Source of the DNA: a virus
Taxonomy: Duplodnaviria; Caudoviricetes
IMG/VR virus record: IMGVR_UViG_3300036716_001267
Coordinates: 1 to 35,704 of that record
DNA length: 35,704 nucleotides
Strand: one strand, 5' to 3'
Shown here: positions 25,135 to 33,477 of the stretch, piece after piece
Numbering within the stretch: position 1 is the first letter of the stretch
Layout of the letters: each line of letters begins with the position of its first letter
Position numbers and translations under genes: made by a program
The notes under the pieces: generated by a model
Seen by the model: only the letters and a program-made list of their open reading frames with translations
The model's database searches: none
Told to the model about the DNA's origin: nothing

Positions 25135-26664
25135 ATGGAAAAGCTAGATAAATTCATGGCCATCTTCGAGGGTTTGCACTGCGCCTACGGCACCTATCGA
25201 ATCTCAGGTGAGCCAAACGAGAAAGGCAAGAGTACTGGTCAGGCGCTCGTGGTACGCAAGCCGCCGACCAAGGACCTGTGGCAACGCCACTTTGACGGGA
25301 TAGATCCGTCACTCGGAATCATTCCAATACGCGCCGACAATAGCTGTACGTGGGGCGCTATAGACATTGACCAGTACCCGCTAGACCTACAGGCGCTGAT
25401 CGAGAAAATTAAAAAGCTTGGGCTACCGCTCGTGACGTTTCGTAGTAAGTCGGGTGGCGCGCACGTCTACTGTTTCACAAAGACCCCTGTGCCTGCAGGA
25501 GATATGCAAAAGTATCTGACTGCATGCGGTGGCCTGCTCGGTGAAGCAGGGCGTGAGATATTTCCTAAGCAATCTGAAATCCTAGTCGAGCGTGGTGACA
25601 CCGGCAACTACCTTAACCTGCCTTATTTCGGCGGAGAGAAAAGCCTGCGCTATGCGCTTAAGGAAGACGGTAACAGCGCGACGCTAGATGAGTTCTTCGC
25701 CATCTACGAGGCCAACGTGCAAGACGCTTTGGTTATGCCTAAGCCTCCCGAGAAACCAGACACGCCCGTAAAGGACGGACCGCCATGTCTGCAGGCACTC
25801 TGCTCGCAGGGCTTTCCTGAAGGCTCACGGAACAATGGCATGTTCTCTGTCGGCATCTACCTTAAGAAAGCTTTCCCTGTTGGGTGGGAAGACAAGCTGA
25901 TGGAGTACAACCATAAGTACTTTAATCCGCCTCTCGGCCTGCAGGAAATTGCGCTGATACAGAAGCAGCTCGATAAAAAAGAATACCGCTATAAATGCAA
26001 AGACGATCCTATAAAATCATTCTGTAACCCCTCTCTGTGCAGGCAACGCAAGCATGGCATTGGCGGTGATGGACCAGACAGCCCGCAGCTCACGTCACTG
26101 AGTAAGTACGCAAGCGAACCGCCACTGTGGTTCCTTGACGTAAACGGCAAGCGCATCGAGCTCGAGACAGAAAGCCTGTTCAATCAAATGTTTTTCCAGA
26201 AGGCCTGCATGGAGCGGCTGAACGTCCTGCCGCCAACAATCAAAAAGCCTGACTGGGAGCAGCTTGTAAATGAACTGCTAGGTGAGATGGTTGAGTTGCA
26301 GGCCATCACCGAGGCAAGCGAAGACACCACAATCACCGGCAGGTTCGCTGACCTTGTTGAAGAATTCACGACCCACCTGCAGCAGGCAATGGACCGTGAC
26401 GAGATTCTCATGGGCCGTGTCTGGACCGATGAAGAGAACGGCGTTTGTTATCTACGGATCAAGGACCTCGAAGCACACCTGAAGCGCAATAACTTTGGCA
26501 CGCTGTCCGCGCCTAAGATGGCGCAGCGGTTACGTGAGCTCGGCGGTGAGCCAAGCGTCATAAAGCTTAAGGGTCGCACGGCTCGAGTGTGGAAGCTGCC
26601 TGTGTTTGATAAGCAGGATGCTCCATTCGATACGCCTACCAACAATGACTCGGTGCCGTTCTAA
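25135..26664 (+). CDS. Archaeo-eukaryotic primase (prim-pol) family protein
   Basis: AIDID (motif I), SKSGGAHVY (motif II), EIFPKQ, NLPYF; helical accessory domain PPCL...GSRNN. Confidence 0.85.
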   Translation: MEKLDKFMAIFEGLHCAYGTYRISGEPNEKGKSTGQALVVRKPPTKDLWQRHFDGIDPSLGIIPIRADNSCTWGAIDIDQYPLDLQALIEKIKKLGLPLVTFRSKSGGAHVYCFTKTPVPAGDMQKYLTACGGLLGEAGREIFPKQSEILVERGDTGNYLNLPYFGGEKSLRYALKEDGNSATLDEFFAIYEANVQDALVMPKPPEKPDTPVKDGPPCLQALCSQGFPEGSRNNGMFSVGIYLKKAFPVGWEDKLMEYNHKYFNPPLGLQEIALIQKQLDKKEYRYKCKDDPIKSFCNPSLCRQRKHGIGGDGPDSPQLTSLSKYASEPPLWFLDVNGKRIELETESLFNQMFFQKACMERLNVLPPTIKKPDWEQLVNELLGEMVELQAITEASEDTTITGRFADLVEEFTTHLQQAMDRDEILMGRVWTDEENGVCYLRIKDLEAHLKRNNFGTLSAPKMAQRLRELGGEPSVIKLKGRTARVWKLPVFDKQDAPFDTPTNNDSVPF

Positions 26665-28160
26665 TGATGACTAAGGTGTTCGGCCCGCCGGGTTCGGGTA
26701 AAACTACGTTCCTTCTTAACGTCGTTGAGAAGGAGCTCGCCGACAATACGCTATCGAGCCAGATAGGTTACTTTTCGTTTACTCGCAAGGCAGCAGGTGA
26801 GGCCCGTGATAGAGCGATCCAGAAGTTCCCTAGCCTGAACGCCGAGACTGACTTCCCGTGGTTTCGCACGCTACATAGTCTTGCCTATCATTGCCTCGGA
26901 GCAGGGGCCAAGGATCTGATGTCTGCAGAGGATTACGCGACGTTCGCAAAGGAAACTGGTCTCGAGGTATCAACCTCGCTAGAGGGCGACGAGTATATCG
27001 TGCGCGCCGACAACGCAATTCTGAACGAGATAAACATCGCACGCATTCGAGGCATAGACCTGCGGACACATTACAACCGCAGCAACATGGACATCGAATG
27101 GTTCTATTTTGAGTTTGTCGAGCGCGCCTACCGCAAGTTTAAAGCGGCGCACATGCTGATGGATTTTACGGACCTGCTCGAGAGACTGATAGAGCAGGAC
27201 GAACGCCTGCCCTCACTCGAGGTACTAATTGTCGACGAGGCGCAAGACCTATCACGCCTGCAATGGAAACTGGTTATGGCATTGGCAGAGAAGGCGGACC
27301 GCACGTTTGTCGCAGGAGATGATGACCAAGCGGTATACACGTGGTCCGGTGCTGACGTAGAAAGCTTCCTGTCCTGTGAGGGTGAGGTAAAGATTCTTGA
27401 GCAGTCCTATCGCGTACCGGCTAAGGTCCACTTCCTTGCAAACTCTATCGTGAAGCGAATCCAGAACAGGCAGGAGAAAATCTGGGCGCCACGACAAGAG
27501 CAGGGCGAGATAAATTACTACAACCAATTCGAGCAGGTGGATATCAGCAAGGGCGAATGGTTAATCATGGCGTCCACGAACTACATGCTTAACGAGCTGC
27601 ACAACTGGATCAAAAGCCAAGGCCTTCTCTTCGAGCGTAATGGACAACGGAGCATTGCCGATTCGGTGGTGACCTCTGTCATTGGTTGGGAACGGTTACG
27701 TAAGGGCCAGTCGATTGGCTACGACGTGCTGCGACAAGTCTATAAGAACTTGCCTGCTTCCTCGATAAAGCGCGGGTTTAAATCGCTAAGGCATGCGGAC
27801 CCCGAGGCTATGTATGACATGGCCGAGCTAAAAGCTAACCAAGGGTTACTGACCGATGCAATCTGGCACGAAGCCCTGACCAAGATAGGCGAAGACAAAC
27901 GCGACTACCTAATCGCTGTGCTGAGGCGTGGTGCGAAGCTAGGCGTTAAGCCTGCGATACAACTGTCCACGATCCACGGAGCTAAGGGCGGAGAGGCGGA
28001 CAATGTTTTATTGCTCACGGACCTGAGCCCTAAGTTTGCAAAAGATTATGCGAAGAACGCCGATGACATTAATCGACTGCTCTATGTGGGCGTCACGCGC
28101 ACAAGGCAATCCCTGCACATTGTGCTTCCAAAGAATGAAGAAAGAGGATTTAGATTTTGA
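26664..28160 (+). CDS. UvrD/Rep-like superfamily 1 helicase
   Basis: GPPGSGKT, FT, TLHS, DEAQD, GDDDQAVY, QSYR, STIHGAKGGE, YVGVTR. Confidence 0.95.
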   Translation: MMTKVFGPPGSGKTTFLLNVVEKELADNTLSSQIGYFSFTRKAAGEARDRAIQKFPSLNAETDFPWFRTLHSLAYHCLGAGAKDLMSAEDYATFAKETGLEVSTSLEGDEYIVRADNAILNEINIARIRGIDLRTHYNRSNMDIEWFYFEFVERAYRKFKAAHMLMDFTDLLERLIEQDERLPSLEVLIVDEAQDLSRLQWKLVMALAEKADRTFVAGDDDQAVYTWSGADVESFLSCEGEVKILEQSYRVPAKVHFLANSIVKRIQNRQEKIWAPRQEQGEINYYNQFEQVDISKGEWLIMASTNYMLNELHNWIKSQGLLFERNGQRSIADSVVTSVIGWERLRKGQSIGYDVLRQVYKNLPASSIKRGFKSLRHADPEAMYDMAELKANQGLLTDAIWHEALTKIGEDKRDYLIAVLRRGAKLGVKPAIQLSTIHGAKGGEADNVLLLTDLSPKFAKDYAKNADDINRLLYVGVTRTRQSLHIVLPKNEERGFRF

Positions 28161-29995
28161 GCGAATGGACCCCACCACAACATTTTCCTGACCTGTCGGA
28201 AGCAAAAGAGATTGCCATCGACCTCGAGACCTGCGATCCAAACATGGAGAAGTTCGGGCCCGGTTGGCCACGCAACGACGGGTTTATCGTCGGCTACGCC
28301 GTCGCAGTAGACGGGTGGTGCGGCTACTACCCTATCGCACATGGCGGTGGCGGCAACCTCGATAAAAGAATGGTCGAGGCATGGATCACGGACATTCTAA
28401 AACTGCCCTGCCCGAAGGTGATGCATAACGCAGCATACGACTTGGGTTGGCTACTGGCGTCAGGGTTCGAGGTTCAAGGAACAATTATCGACACGATGAT
28501 TGCTGCAGGCCTAGTCGACGAGAACCGATACAGCTACGCACTAAACTCTCTGGGTTTCGATATGCTCAAAGAGATTAAGTCAGAGGAGCAGCTCAAGAAG
28601 GCGGCTGCAGATTTTGGCGTGCACCCAAAGAAAGAGCTCTGGAAACTTCCGGCGCATTTTGTTGGCGCCTACGGCGAACAGGATGCGGCACTTACGCTGA
28701 AGCTCTGGCATCACCTCGAGACCCTGCTAAGGCAAGAAGAGGTCGAGTCCATCTTCCAATTGGAAACTGAGATACTGCCTGTGCTAGTGGGTATGACGCA
28801 TAAAGGCATTCGCTTTGATAGGGAAAAAGCAATAGAGCTCACCGAAGAGCTCAAGAAGAAAGAGAAAAAGATGATTGCCTTTATCCGCAAGGAGGCGGGC
28901 GTCCCTGTCGACATGTGGGCAGCGGCAAGCATTGCCAAGGCCTTTGATAAGCTGAACATTGGCTACCCGAAGACAGACAAGGGCGCGCCAAGTTTTACTA
29001 AGTCCTTCCTCGAGGGATGCGAGCACCCGATTGCCAAGGCCATCGTTGAGGTGCGCGAGATAAACAAGACGCACAACACTTTCCTGCAGCCGTACCTCGA
29101 TGCAAGCGAGGCCACCGGGCGAATCCATTCGCACATTAACCAGTTGCGCGGTGAGGGCGGCGGCACGGTCACCGGCCGACTGTCCATGAACCAACCGAAC
29201 CTGCAGCAAGTGCCTGCACGCCACCCAGTTATCGGTCCAATGGTCCGAGGTTTGTTCTTGCCTGAGGAAGGCGAGCTCTGGGCGGCCAACGACTTCTCGA
29301 GTCAGGAGCCCCGCCTACTGGTTCACTATGCGAGCCTGTTGAAACTGGATGGCGCCGGTAAGATGGCTGAGGCTTATCAAGAGGACCCCGGCACTGACTT
29401 CCACCAAATGGTCGCCGACCTTGCAGGCATTGATCGTAAGCAGGCCAAAACTATCGGGCTCGGTTTGATCTACGGCATGGGCGTTAAGAAGCTCGCGGTA
29501 GAGCTCGACATGCACGACGACGAAGCGAAGGAGTTGATTCAGACGTTCCACGCCAAGGTCCCGTTCCTGAAGTCAACAATCCACGCGGTGCAGAAGCGCA
29601 TTGAGTACCCTGCCTCCGGCGGATCGATCAGAACATTGCTCGGCCGCAAGTGTCGCTTTCCTTTGTGGGAACCAATGGCGTGGGGAATCAACAAAGCGCT
29701 GCCCTACGAAGAGGCCGCTGCAAAGTACGGCACGCGAATCAAACGCGCCATGACCTACAAGGGTACCAACAAACTAATCCAAGGAAGCGCAGCGGACCAG
29801 TGTAAGAGCGCCATGCTTGCCCTACACAAGGCAGGGTTCAACATCATGCTGCAGGTGCATGATGAGATAGCCCTCTCTGTAAAAAGCCGTGAAGAGGCTG
29901 AGGGGGCCGCTAAGATCATGCGCGAAGCGGTAGAGCTCGCCGTGCCAAGCAAGGTAGACGTTGAGGTTGGGCCCAATTGGGGCGAATCAAAGTAG
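28157..29995 (+). CDS. polA: Family A DNA polymerase with 3'-5' exonuclease, no 5'-3' exonuclease
   Basis: ExoI DLET, ExoII HNAAYD, ExoIII YGEQD; TGRLS, motif A DFSSQEPR, motif B RKQAKTIGLGLIYG, motif C QVHDE. Confidence 0.96.
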   Translation: MSEWTPPQHFPDLSEAKEIAIDLETCDPNMEKFGPGWPRNDGFIVGYAVAVDGWCGYYPIAHGGGGNLDKRMVEAWITDILKLPCPKVMHNAAYDLGWLLASGFEVQGTIIDTMIAAGLVDENRYSYALNSLGFDMLKEIKSEEQLKKAAADFGVHPKKELWKLPAHFVGAYGEQDAALTLKLWHHLETLLRQEEVESIFQLETEILPVLVGMTHKGIRFDREKAIELTEELKKKEKKMIAFIRKEAGVPVDMWAAASIAKAFDKLNIGYPKTDKGAPSFTKSFLEGCEHPIAKAIVEVREINKTHNTFLQPYLDASEATGRIHSHINQLRGEGGGTVTGRLSMNQPNLQQVPARHPVIGPMVRGLFLPEEGELWAANDFSSQEPRLLVHYASLLKLDGAGKMAEAYQEDPGTDFHQMVADLAGIDRKQAKTIGLGLIYGMGVKKLAVELDMHDDEAKELIQTFHAKVPFLKSTIHAVQKRIEYPASGGSIRTLLGRKCRFPLWEPMAWGINKALPYEEAAAKYGTRIKRAMTYKGTNKLIQGSAADQCKSAMLALHKAGFNIMLQVHDEIALSVKSREEAEGAAKIMREAVELAVPSKVDVEVGPNWGESK

Positions 29996-30050
29996 CAGCG
30001 TATATTAGAATACTGTAAGCTTCATATACCAAACCAGAAAGGAGAAGACT

Positions 30051-30365
30051 ATGCCAACAGGTGTGTACGTGCGACGACGTGTCCACAAGAATCGAAAGAG
30101 AAGACCAAAGGGTTACGTGCCCCCTCCCTCGCCGTCTAAGCGAGAAACTCCGTGGGCTAACCTATGCGTGCGGGCAGAGCATTACGCGATGCTGCGCGAG
30201 TTAGGAGAGTTCTACGAGGCGCCCCTGAGCAAGATCGCAGGCTCGTTGATCACGCGCCATTTCATTGAGCTGTTGAGAGACAGTGACCCCGTCAAAGCCC
30301 ATGCACTCGAGCAGGAATACAAAAATGAAAAATACAGTAAGCAGCTCCTTGACCTTGCCGGTTGA
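30051..30365 (+). CDS. Putative ribbon-helix-helix DNA-binding protein with basic N-terminus
   Basis: NLCVR-AEHYAMLRELGEFY-LSKIAGSLI strand-helix-helix pattern; strong RBS. Confidence 0.5.
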   Translation: MPTGVYVRRRVHKNRKRRPKGYVPPPSPSKRETPWANLCVRAEHYAMLRELGEFYEAPLSKIAGSLITRHFIELLRDSDPVKAHALEQEYKNEKYSKQLLDLAG

Positions 30366-30543
30366 GGTAGTTTACGAGATCCTACCTGCTGAATTTGGGC
30401 TACCGGAACAAGTCGATATTGTTGCGGTAAACATCACAGTAAGAGGGCCCTCTGGGCGCAAAAGAAAGGTCGACGTTCTGGCAATGCTAGACGAGGCGGA
30501 GGTATTTAGACTTGAAGACGAAACCGATCAGACAGGAGAATGA
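30325..30543 (+). CDS. Hypothetical protein
   Basis: Start reassigned to ATG 30325 (CAGGA upstream). Confidence 0.65.
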   Translation: MKNTVSSSLTLPVEVVYEILPAEFGLPEQVDIVAVNITVRGPSGRKRKVDVLAMLDEAEVFRLEDETDQTGE

Positions 30544-30544
30544 A

Positions 30545-30691
30545 ATGGTAGTCTATAAAATAGGGCCTAAATGGTACAAATCCATGGTCACGGTTGGCAC
30601 GACAAAGCACACTTTTTTTGGGTACAGCCGAGAGGAAGTTGCAGGCCGAGCTAAGCAGGAGATTGAAAAAAAGGAGACGCGCAATGTTTAA
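30545..30691 (+). CDS. Small hypothetical protein (48 aa)
   Basis: MVVYKIGPKWYKSMVTVGTTKHTFFGYSREEVAGRAKQEIEKKETRNV; RBS CAGGAGA; not in the track. Confidence 0.65.
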   Translation: MVVYKIGPKWYKSMVTVGTTKHTFFGYSREEVAGRAKQEIEKKETRNV

Positions 30692-30878
30692 GCGACTCAA
30701 GGCTAAGCTGTTAGGCCAGAAGCCACTGGACCATGACGAGATTATGTTCGCCTACATGGATGCGGCCAAGCACGTTAAGCCTGCACCGCTGTTCGCTAAG
30801 GACTTCGCGAGGCTCATCGAGGCCAAGCACGGCATCGTTGGCACGTACAAGACGGAGCCGATGAACTATGACGACTGA
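30684..30878 (+). CDS. Hypothetical protein
   Basis: Start ATG 30684 after AAGGAG; FARLIEAKHGI motif. Confidence 0.7.
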   Translation: MFKRLKAKLLGQKPLDHDEIMFAYMDAAKHVKPAPLFAKDFARLIEAKHGIVGTYKTEPMNYDD

Positions 30879-31047
30879 GGATTTAAGCAAGAAGCCCTGC
30901 CCCTGCGGCGAGACGATGGGCCAGATAATAGGCCACGACGAGAATGCTCAGAAAGAATTGGTGCCCGTGCGACGAGGTTGGTATTGTTTTAACTGCAGGC
31001 ATTGGGAAGACGCCATCTTACGGGAGAGGATCGTTGAAGACTATTGA
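30868..31047 (+). CDS. Small Cys-rich (putative zinc-binding) protein (59 aa)
   Basis: MTTEDLSKKPCPCGETM...GWYCFNCRHWEDAILRERIVEDY; fills the gap with overlaps on both sides; not in the track. Confidence 0.7.
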   Translation: MTTEDLSKKPCPCGETMGQIIGHDENAQKELVPVRRGWYCFNCRHWEDAILRERIVEDY

Positions 31048-31288
31048 AGAGTTCAGCAGATTAGTGGTGGAGATGTACGACGAGATGTGGGCCGTGGTCG
31101 AAGAGATGGAAGACACTCTCGGCATCGGCCCCAGTGAGCTCATGTGCGTCTTGACTAATATGCTGTGCGACACGGCCCAAGGATCAGGGATCAAGAAAGA
31201 AGCTTTCCTTGTAATGATGGAAATGCACTACGACGTGGACAGAAAACACTACGACGATGAGATAGAAGAAGGGCCCACGGTCCACTAA
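31034..31288 (+). CDS. Acidic hypothetical protein
   Basis: Likely TTG start at 31034 after GGAGAGGA. Confidence 0.65.
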   Translation: MKTIEEFSRLVVEMYDEMWAVVEEMEDTLGIGPSELMCVLTNMLCDTAQGSGIKKEAFLVMMEMHYDVDRKHYDDEIEEGPTVH

Positions 31289-31298
31289 CTTGTTGATT
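31286..31298 (-). promoter_or_regulatory. IHF consensus site
   Basis: - strand AATCAACAAGTTA matches WATCAANNNNTTR exactly. Confidence 0.55.
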
Positions 31299-31310
31299 TT
31301 ATTGGGTAGA

Positions 31311-31383
31311 AAAAAGTAGTTGACGGTAGTATTAAAAACGTGAGACGATTCAGTTGTCGGGTTGGCCGACACCATACAGGAGA
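31311..31383 (+). promoter_or_regulatory. Repeated promoter-hairpin-RBS cassette, copy 1
   Basis: AAAAAGTAG-TTGACG...TGA-GACGAT, hairpin TGTCGG-GTTGG-CCGACA (31355-31371), ATACAGGAGA. Confidence 0.8.
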
Positions 31384-31388
31384 AAGAT

Positions 31389-31565
31389 ATGAACGGTTAC
31401 ATAGCGCTTTACAAGGGTAAGCAGATTGAAGTCTACGCTGAAACCTCCTATGCCGCGCAGTGCAAGGCTGCCGCTGAGCTAAAGGCCAAAAAGCAATATG
31501 AGGTCTCTGTTTACCTCGCCGAGAAAGCAGGCGAGCCTGTCGTTCAAAACCCCGCGATTCTTTAA
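31389..31565 (+). CDS. Small early-type hypothetical protein
   Basis: MNGYIALYKGKQIEVYA...; ATG 31389 follows ATACAGGAGA. Confidence 0.8.
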   Translation: MNGYIALYKGKQIEVYAETSYAAQCKAAAELKAKKQYEVSVYLAEKAGEPVVQNPAIL

Positions 31566-31579
31566 TACAGGAGAAAGAC

Positions 31580-31903
31580 ATGAAAATTCAAACTGAAGTA
31601 GGTTCCATGGAAATTAACTTCGATCCTAAGAAGTACAAGACCAAGGCAGGTGCCGCCAAGGCCTTTCATAAAGCCCTGTGCAAATTTGCGAAAGAGGTGT
31701 ACGGGCAAAACCCGGATATCGAAATCTTCATCGATACCCCAGAGGAAAGCCAAGCCCGTGGCTACGGCAAAAATTGGCGGGTCTGTTGGGAAGCGGGACC
31801 TTATGAGTGGGCCATCGGCACTTCAATGCAGTTACATAATTACTTCAAGGGCGGATGGTACACCGAGCCTTACTACTCATTCGACTTGTGTTTCACTGAG
31901 TAG
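31580..31903 (+). CDS. Early-type hypothetical protein
   Basis: 107 aa, WRVCWEAGPYEWA...YTEPYYSFDLCF; ATACAGGAGA RBS. Confidence 0.8.
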   Translation: MKIQTEVGSMEINFDPKKYKTKAGAAKAFHKALCKFAKEVYGQNPDIEIFIDTPEESQARGYGKNWRVCWEAGPYEWAIGTSMQLHNYFKGGWYTEPYYSFDLCFTE

Positions 31904-31904
31904 T

Positions 31905-31976
31905 AAAAAGTAGTTGCAGGTGGTCTCGCATTATGAGACCATCTCTTTGTCGGATTGGCCGACATCATACAGGAGA
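31905..31976 (+). promoter_or_regulatory. Repeated promoter-hairpin-RBS cassette, copy 2
   Basis: AAAAAGTAG-TTGCAG-N17-GACCAT, hairpin TGTCGG-ATTGG-CCGACA (31948-31964), ATACAGGAGA. Confidence 0.8.
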
Positions 31977-31983
31977 CAGTCAC

Positions 31984-32271
31984 ATGGCATTTGCCCCTTC
32001 AGCAGTTTACCCCATCCGCGAAGGCGGATCGTTTGTCGAGAAGCAGTACGGTAACTTTTTCGAGTACGACCTCCACGGCGAGGACACCTTCGCCGGATAC
32101 CCTCACCGCGTCTGGGTCTCTGATGCTCCTGTAGATGAACAAAACGATTCAGGATGGCGCTACGCGCTAGTCAAAAAGACCGTGGCCTATATCGTCGTCG
32201 ACGAAGACGAGAGCGGTCAGCCGGTAGTTCAGAAGTGGTCGATCAAGGCCCACAGAATTTACTCTAACTAG
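31984..32271 (+). CDS. Early-type hypothetical protein
   Basis: Start reassigned to ATG 31984 after the cassette RBS. Confidence 0.8.
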   Translation: MAFAPSAVYPIREGGSFVEKQYGNFFEYDLHGEDTFAGYPHRVWVSDAPVDEQNDSGWRYALVKKTVAYIVVDEDESGQPVVQKWSIKAHRIYSN

Positions 32272-32285
32272 AAAGGAGAAAGATT

Positions 32286-32546
32286 ATGTTTGACATCTAC
32301 TGCCCACATTGCGGCGAGCCTCACGACCAAGACATGCTGCATGACCCTGCCGATTACGGCGCCCCTGAAGGCCTGAGCTACATGCAGGCTGCCGCTCTCT
32401 TCAAGCAGCACGGCTGCGGTCTATTCAAGGCTGAGCCTAGCCCCTGCAAAGCACCGGCGGTCCTCGAAGAGGATCAGCTCGCTCAGATCCAAGCAGGAAT
32501 TGAACTTTCAGAATACCCAGACGAGTGGTGTCTGGACTACGTTTAA
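32286..32546 (+). CDS. Small CxxC protein
   Basis: DIYCPHCGEP; RBS AAGGAGA. Confidence 0.75.
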   Translation: MFDIYCPHCGEPHDQDMLHDPADYGAPEGLSYMQAAALFKQHGCGLFKAEPSPCKAPAVLEEDQLAQIQAGIELSEYPDEWCLDYV

Positions 32547-32586
32547 ACTTACCGGCCCCTACGGGGGCCACATACAGGAGAATCCC

Positions 32587-32820
32587 ATGCAAGATTTCAT
32601 CGACTTTATCGATTACGTTAGCACTTTTTACGGCCCCGGCGGCGTCTATGACATGGGCGTTACGCGCCTAGATGTTGCCATCGCAACCGGTTACTACCTC
32701 AGCGGAATTAACCTAAGCGACTTCGCTGCTGACAGCATCGACCGCGGGCACGTTCGCGACGTGCTTATCGAGAAAATGGGGTACACTTTCCCCGTAGGAA
32801 AAAGTAGTTGCGCTGTCTGA
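32587..32820 (+). CDS. Early-type hypothetical protein
   Basis: ATG 32587 after ATACAGGAGA; FIDYV..FYGPGGVYDM...DSIDR. Confidence 0.75.
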   Translation: MQDFIDFIDYVSTFYGPGGVYDMGVTRLDVAIATGYYLSGINLSDFAADSIDRGHVRDVLIEKMGYTFPVGKSSCAV

Positions 32821-32868
32821 TCAGTGTGCTAGTATTCGTTTGTAGTTTAATTTAACCGATACAGGAGA
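32799..32868 (+). promoter_or_regulatory. Repeated promoter-RBS cassette, copy 3 (no GC hairpin)
   Basis: AAAAAGTAG-TTGCGC-N16-TAGTAT with extended TG, then ATACAGGAGA. Confidence 0.7.
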
Positions 32869-32874
32869 AAGACA

Positions 32875-33312
32875 ATGTCAGCCTATTTATGTGATCCCAA
32901 AGATTTCGCCCTGCTTGCAGCGTATGCTCTTAAGCCCGGCGCGCCACGTCACTTCGTTAACCTCGATCAGAAAGAGTACATCGACATCGTGATTGCTGCA
33001 GACATCGCCACGATACTTGCCAAGGAGAACATCAAGTCTCTCGAGGCCCTCTACCCTAAGTACGGCGTTGCCGGTGGCTTCCTCTGCGGCACTCTCGAAG
33101 AGTTCCTCGCCGAGGTTAAACTTGCAGCCAAGGCCCGCTACGATTACAACGATCTCGTTAAGATTAAAGAGGTCCTCAACTCCTTCGACTATCAGTCATG
33201 CGAGCACCCAGAATACCGTCAGTCTGACGCCTACCACCTAGTGCGCGGCATTAAAGATCAACTCCTCTCTGAGTTCGCTTATCGCTACGAGCTCGCACAG
33301 GAGGCAGCGTAA
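32875..33312 (+). CDS. Early-type hypothetical protein
   Basis: MSAYLC...LAKENIKSL...Y...DYQSCEHPEY..S.A. Confidence 0.8.
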   Translation: MSAYLCDPKDFALLAAYALKPGAPRHFVNLDQKEYIDIVIAADIATILAKENIKSLEALYPKYGVAGGFLCGTLEEFLAEVKLAAKARYDYNDLVKIKEVLNSFDYQSCEHPEYRQSDAYHLVRGIKDQLLSEFAYRYELAQEAA

Positions 33313-33467
33313 TGAGAATCCTACTAGCACTGGCCGCGCTCGTCGCGGCCCTTGGCCTCGCCGGTACATCCGATTTTGAAGAAGCACAGCAGCAGCAGGA
33401 TCGCTACTGTGAGTTCGTGGCCGACGGAACATGGCCCCCGTACAACCCTGATATCCAATGCAACTAA
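33312..33467 (+). CDS. Small exported or membrane-anchored protein (51 aa)
   Basis: MRILLALAALVAALGLAG-TSDFEEAQQQQDRYCEFVADGTWPPYNPDIQCN; TAATG-coupled; not in the track. Confidence 0.8.
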   Translation: MRILLALAALVAALGLAGTSDFEEAQQQQDRYCEFVADGTWPPYNPDIQCN

Positions 33468-33477
33468 GGACCCACGT

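Noticed and set aside
31311-32868. Repeats read as a CRISPR array or integron attC sites
   Set aside because: Spacing is gene-sized and irregular, the repeats contain promoter and RBS elements, and there is no integrase or attC-like long palindrome.
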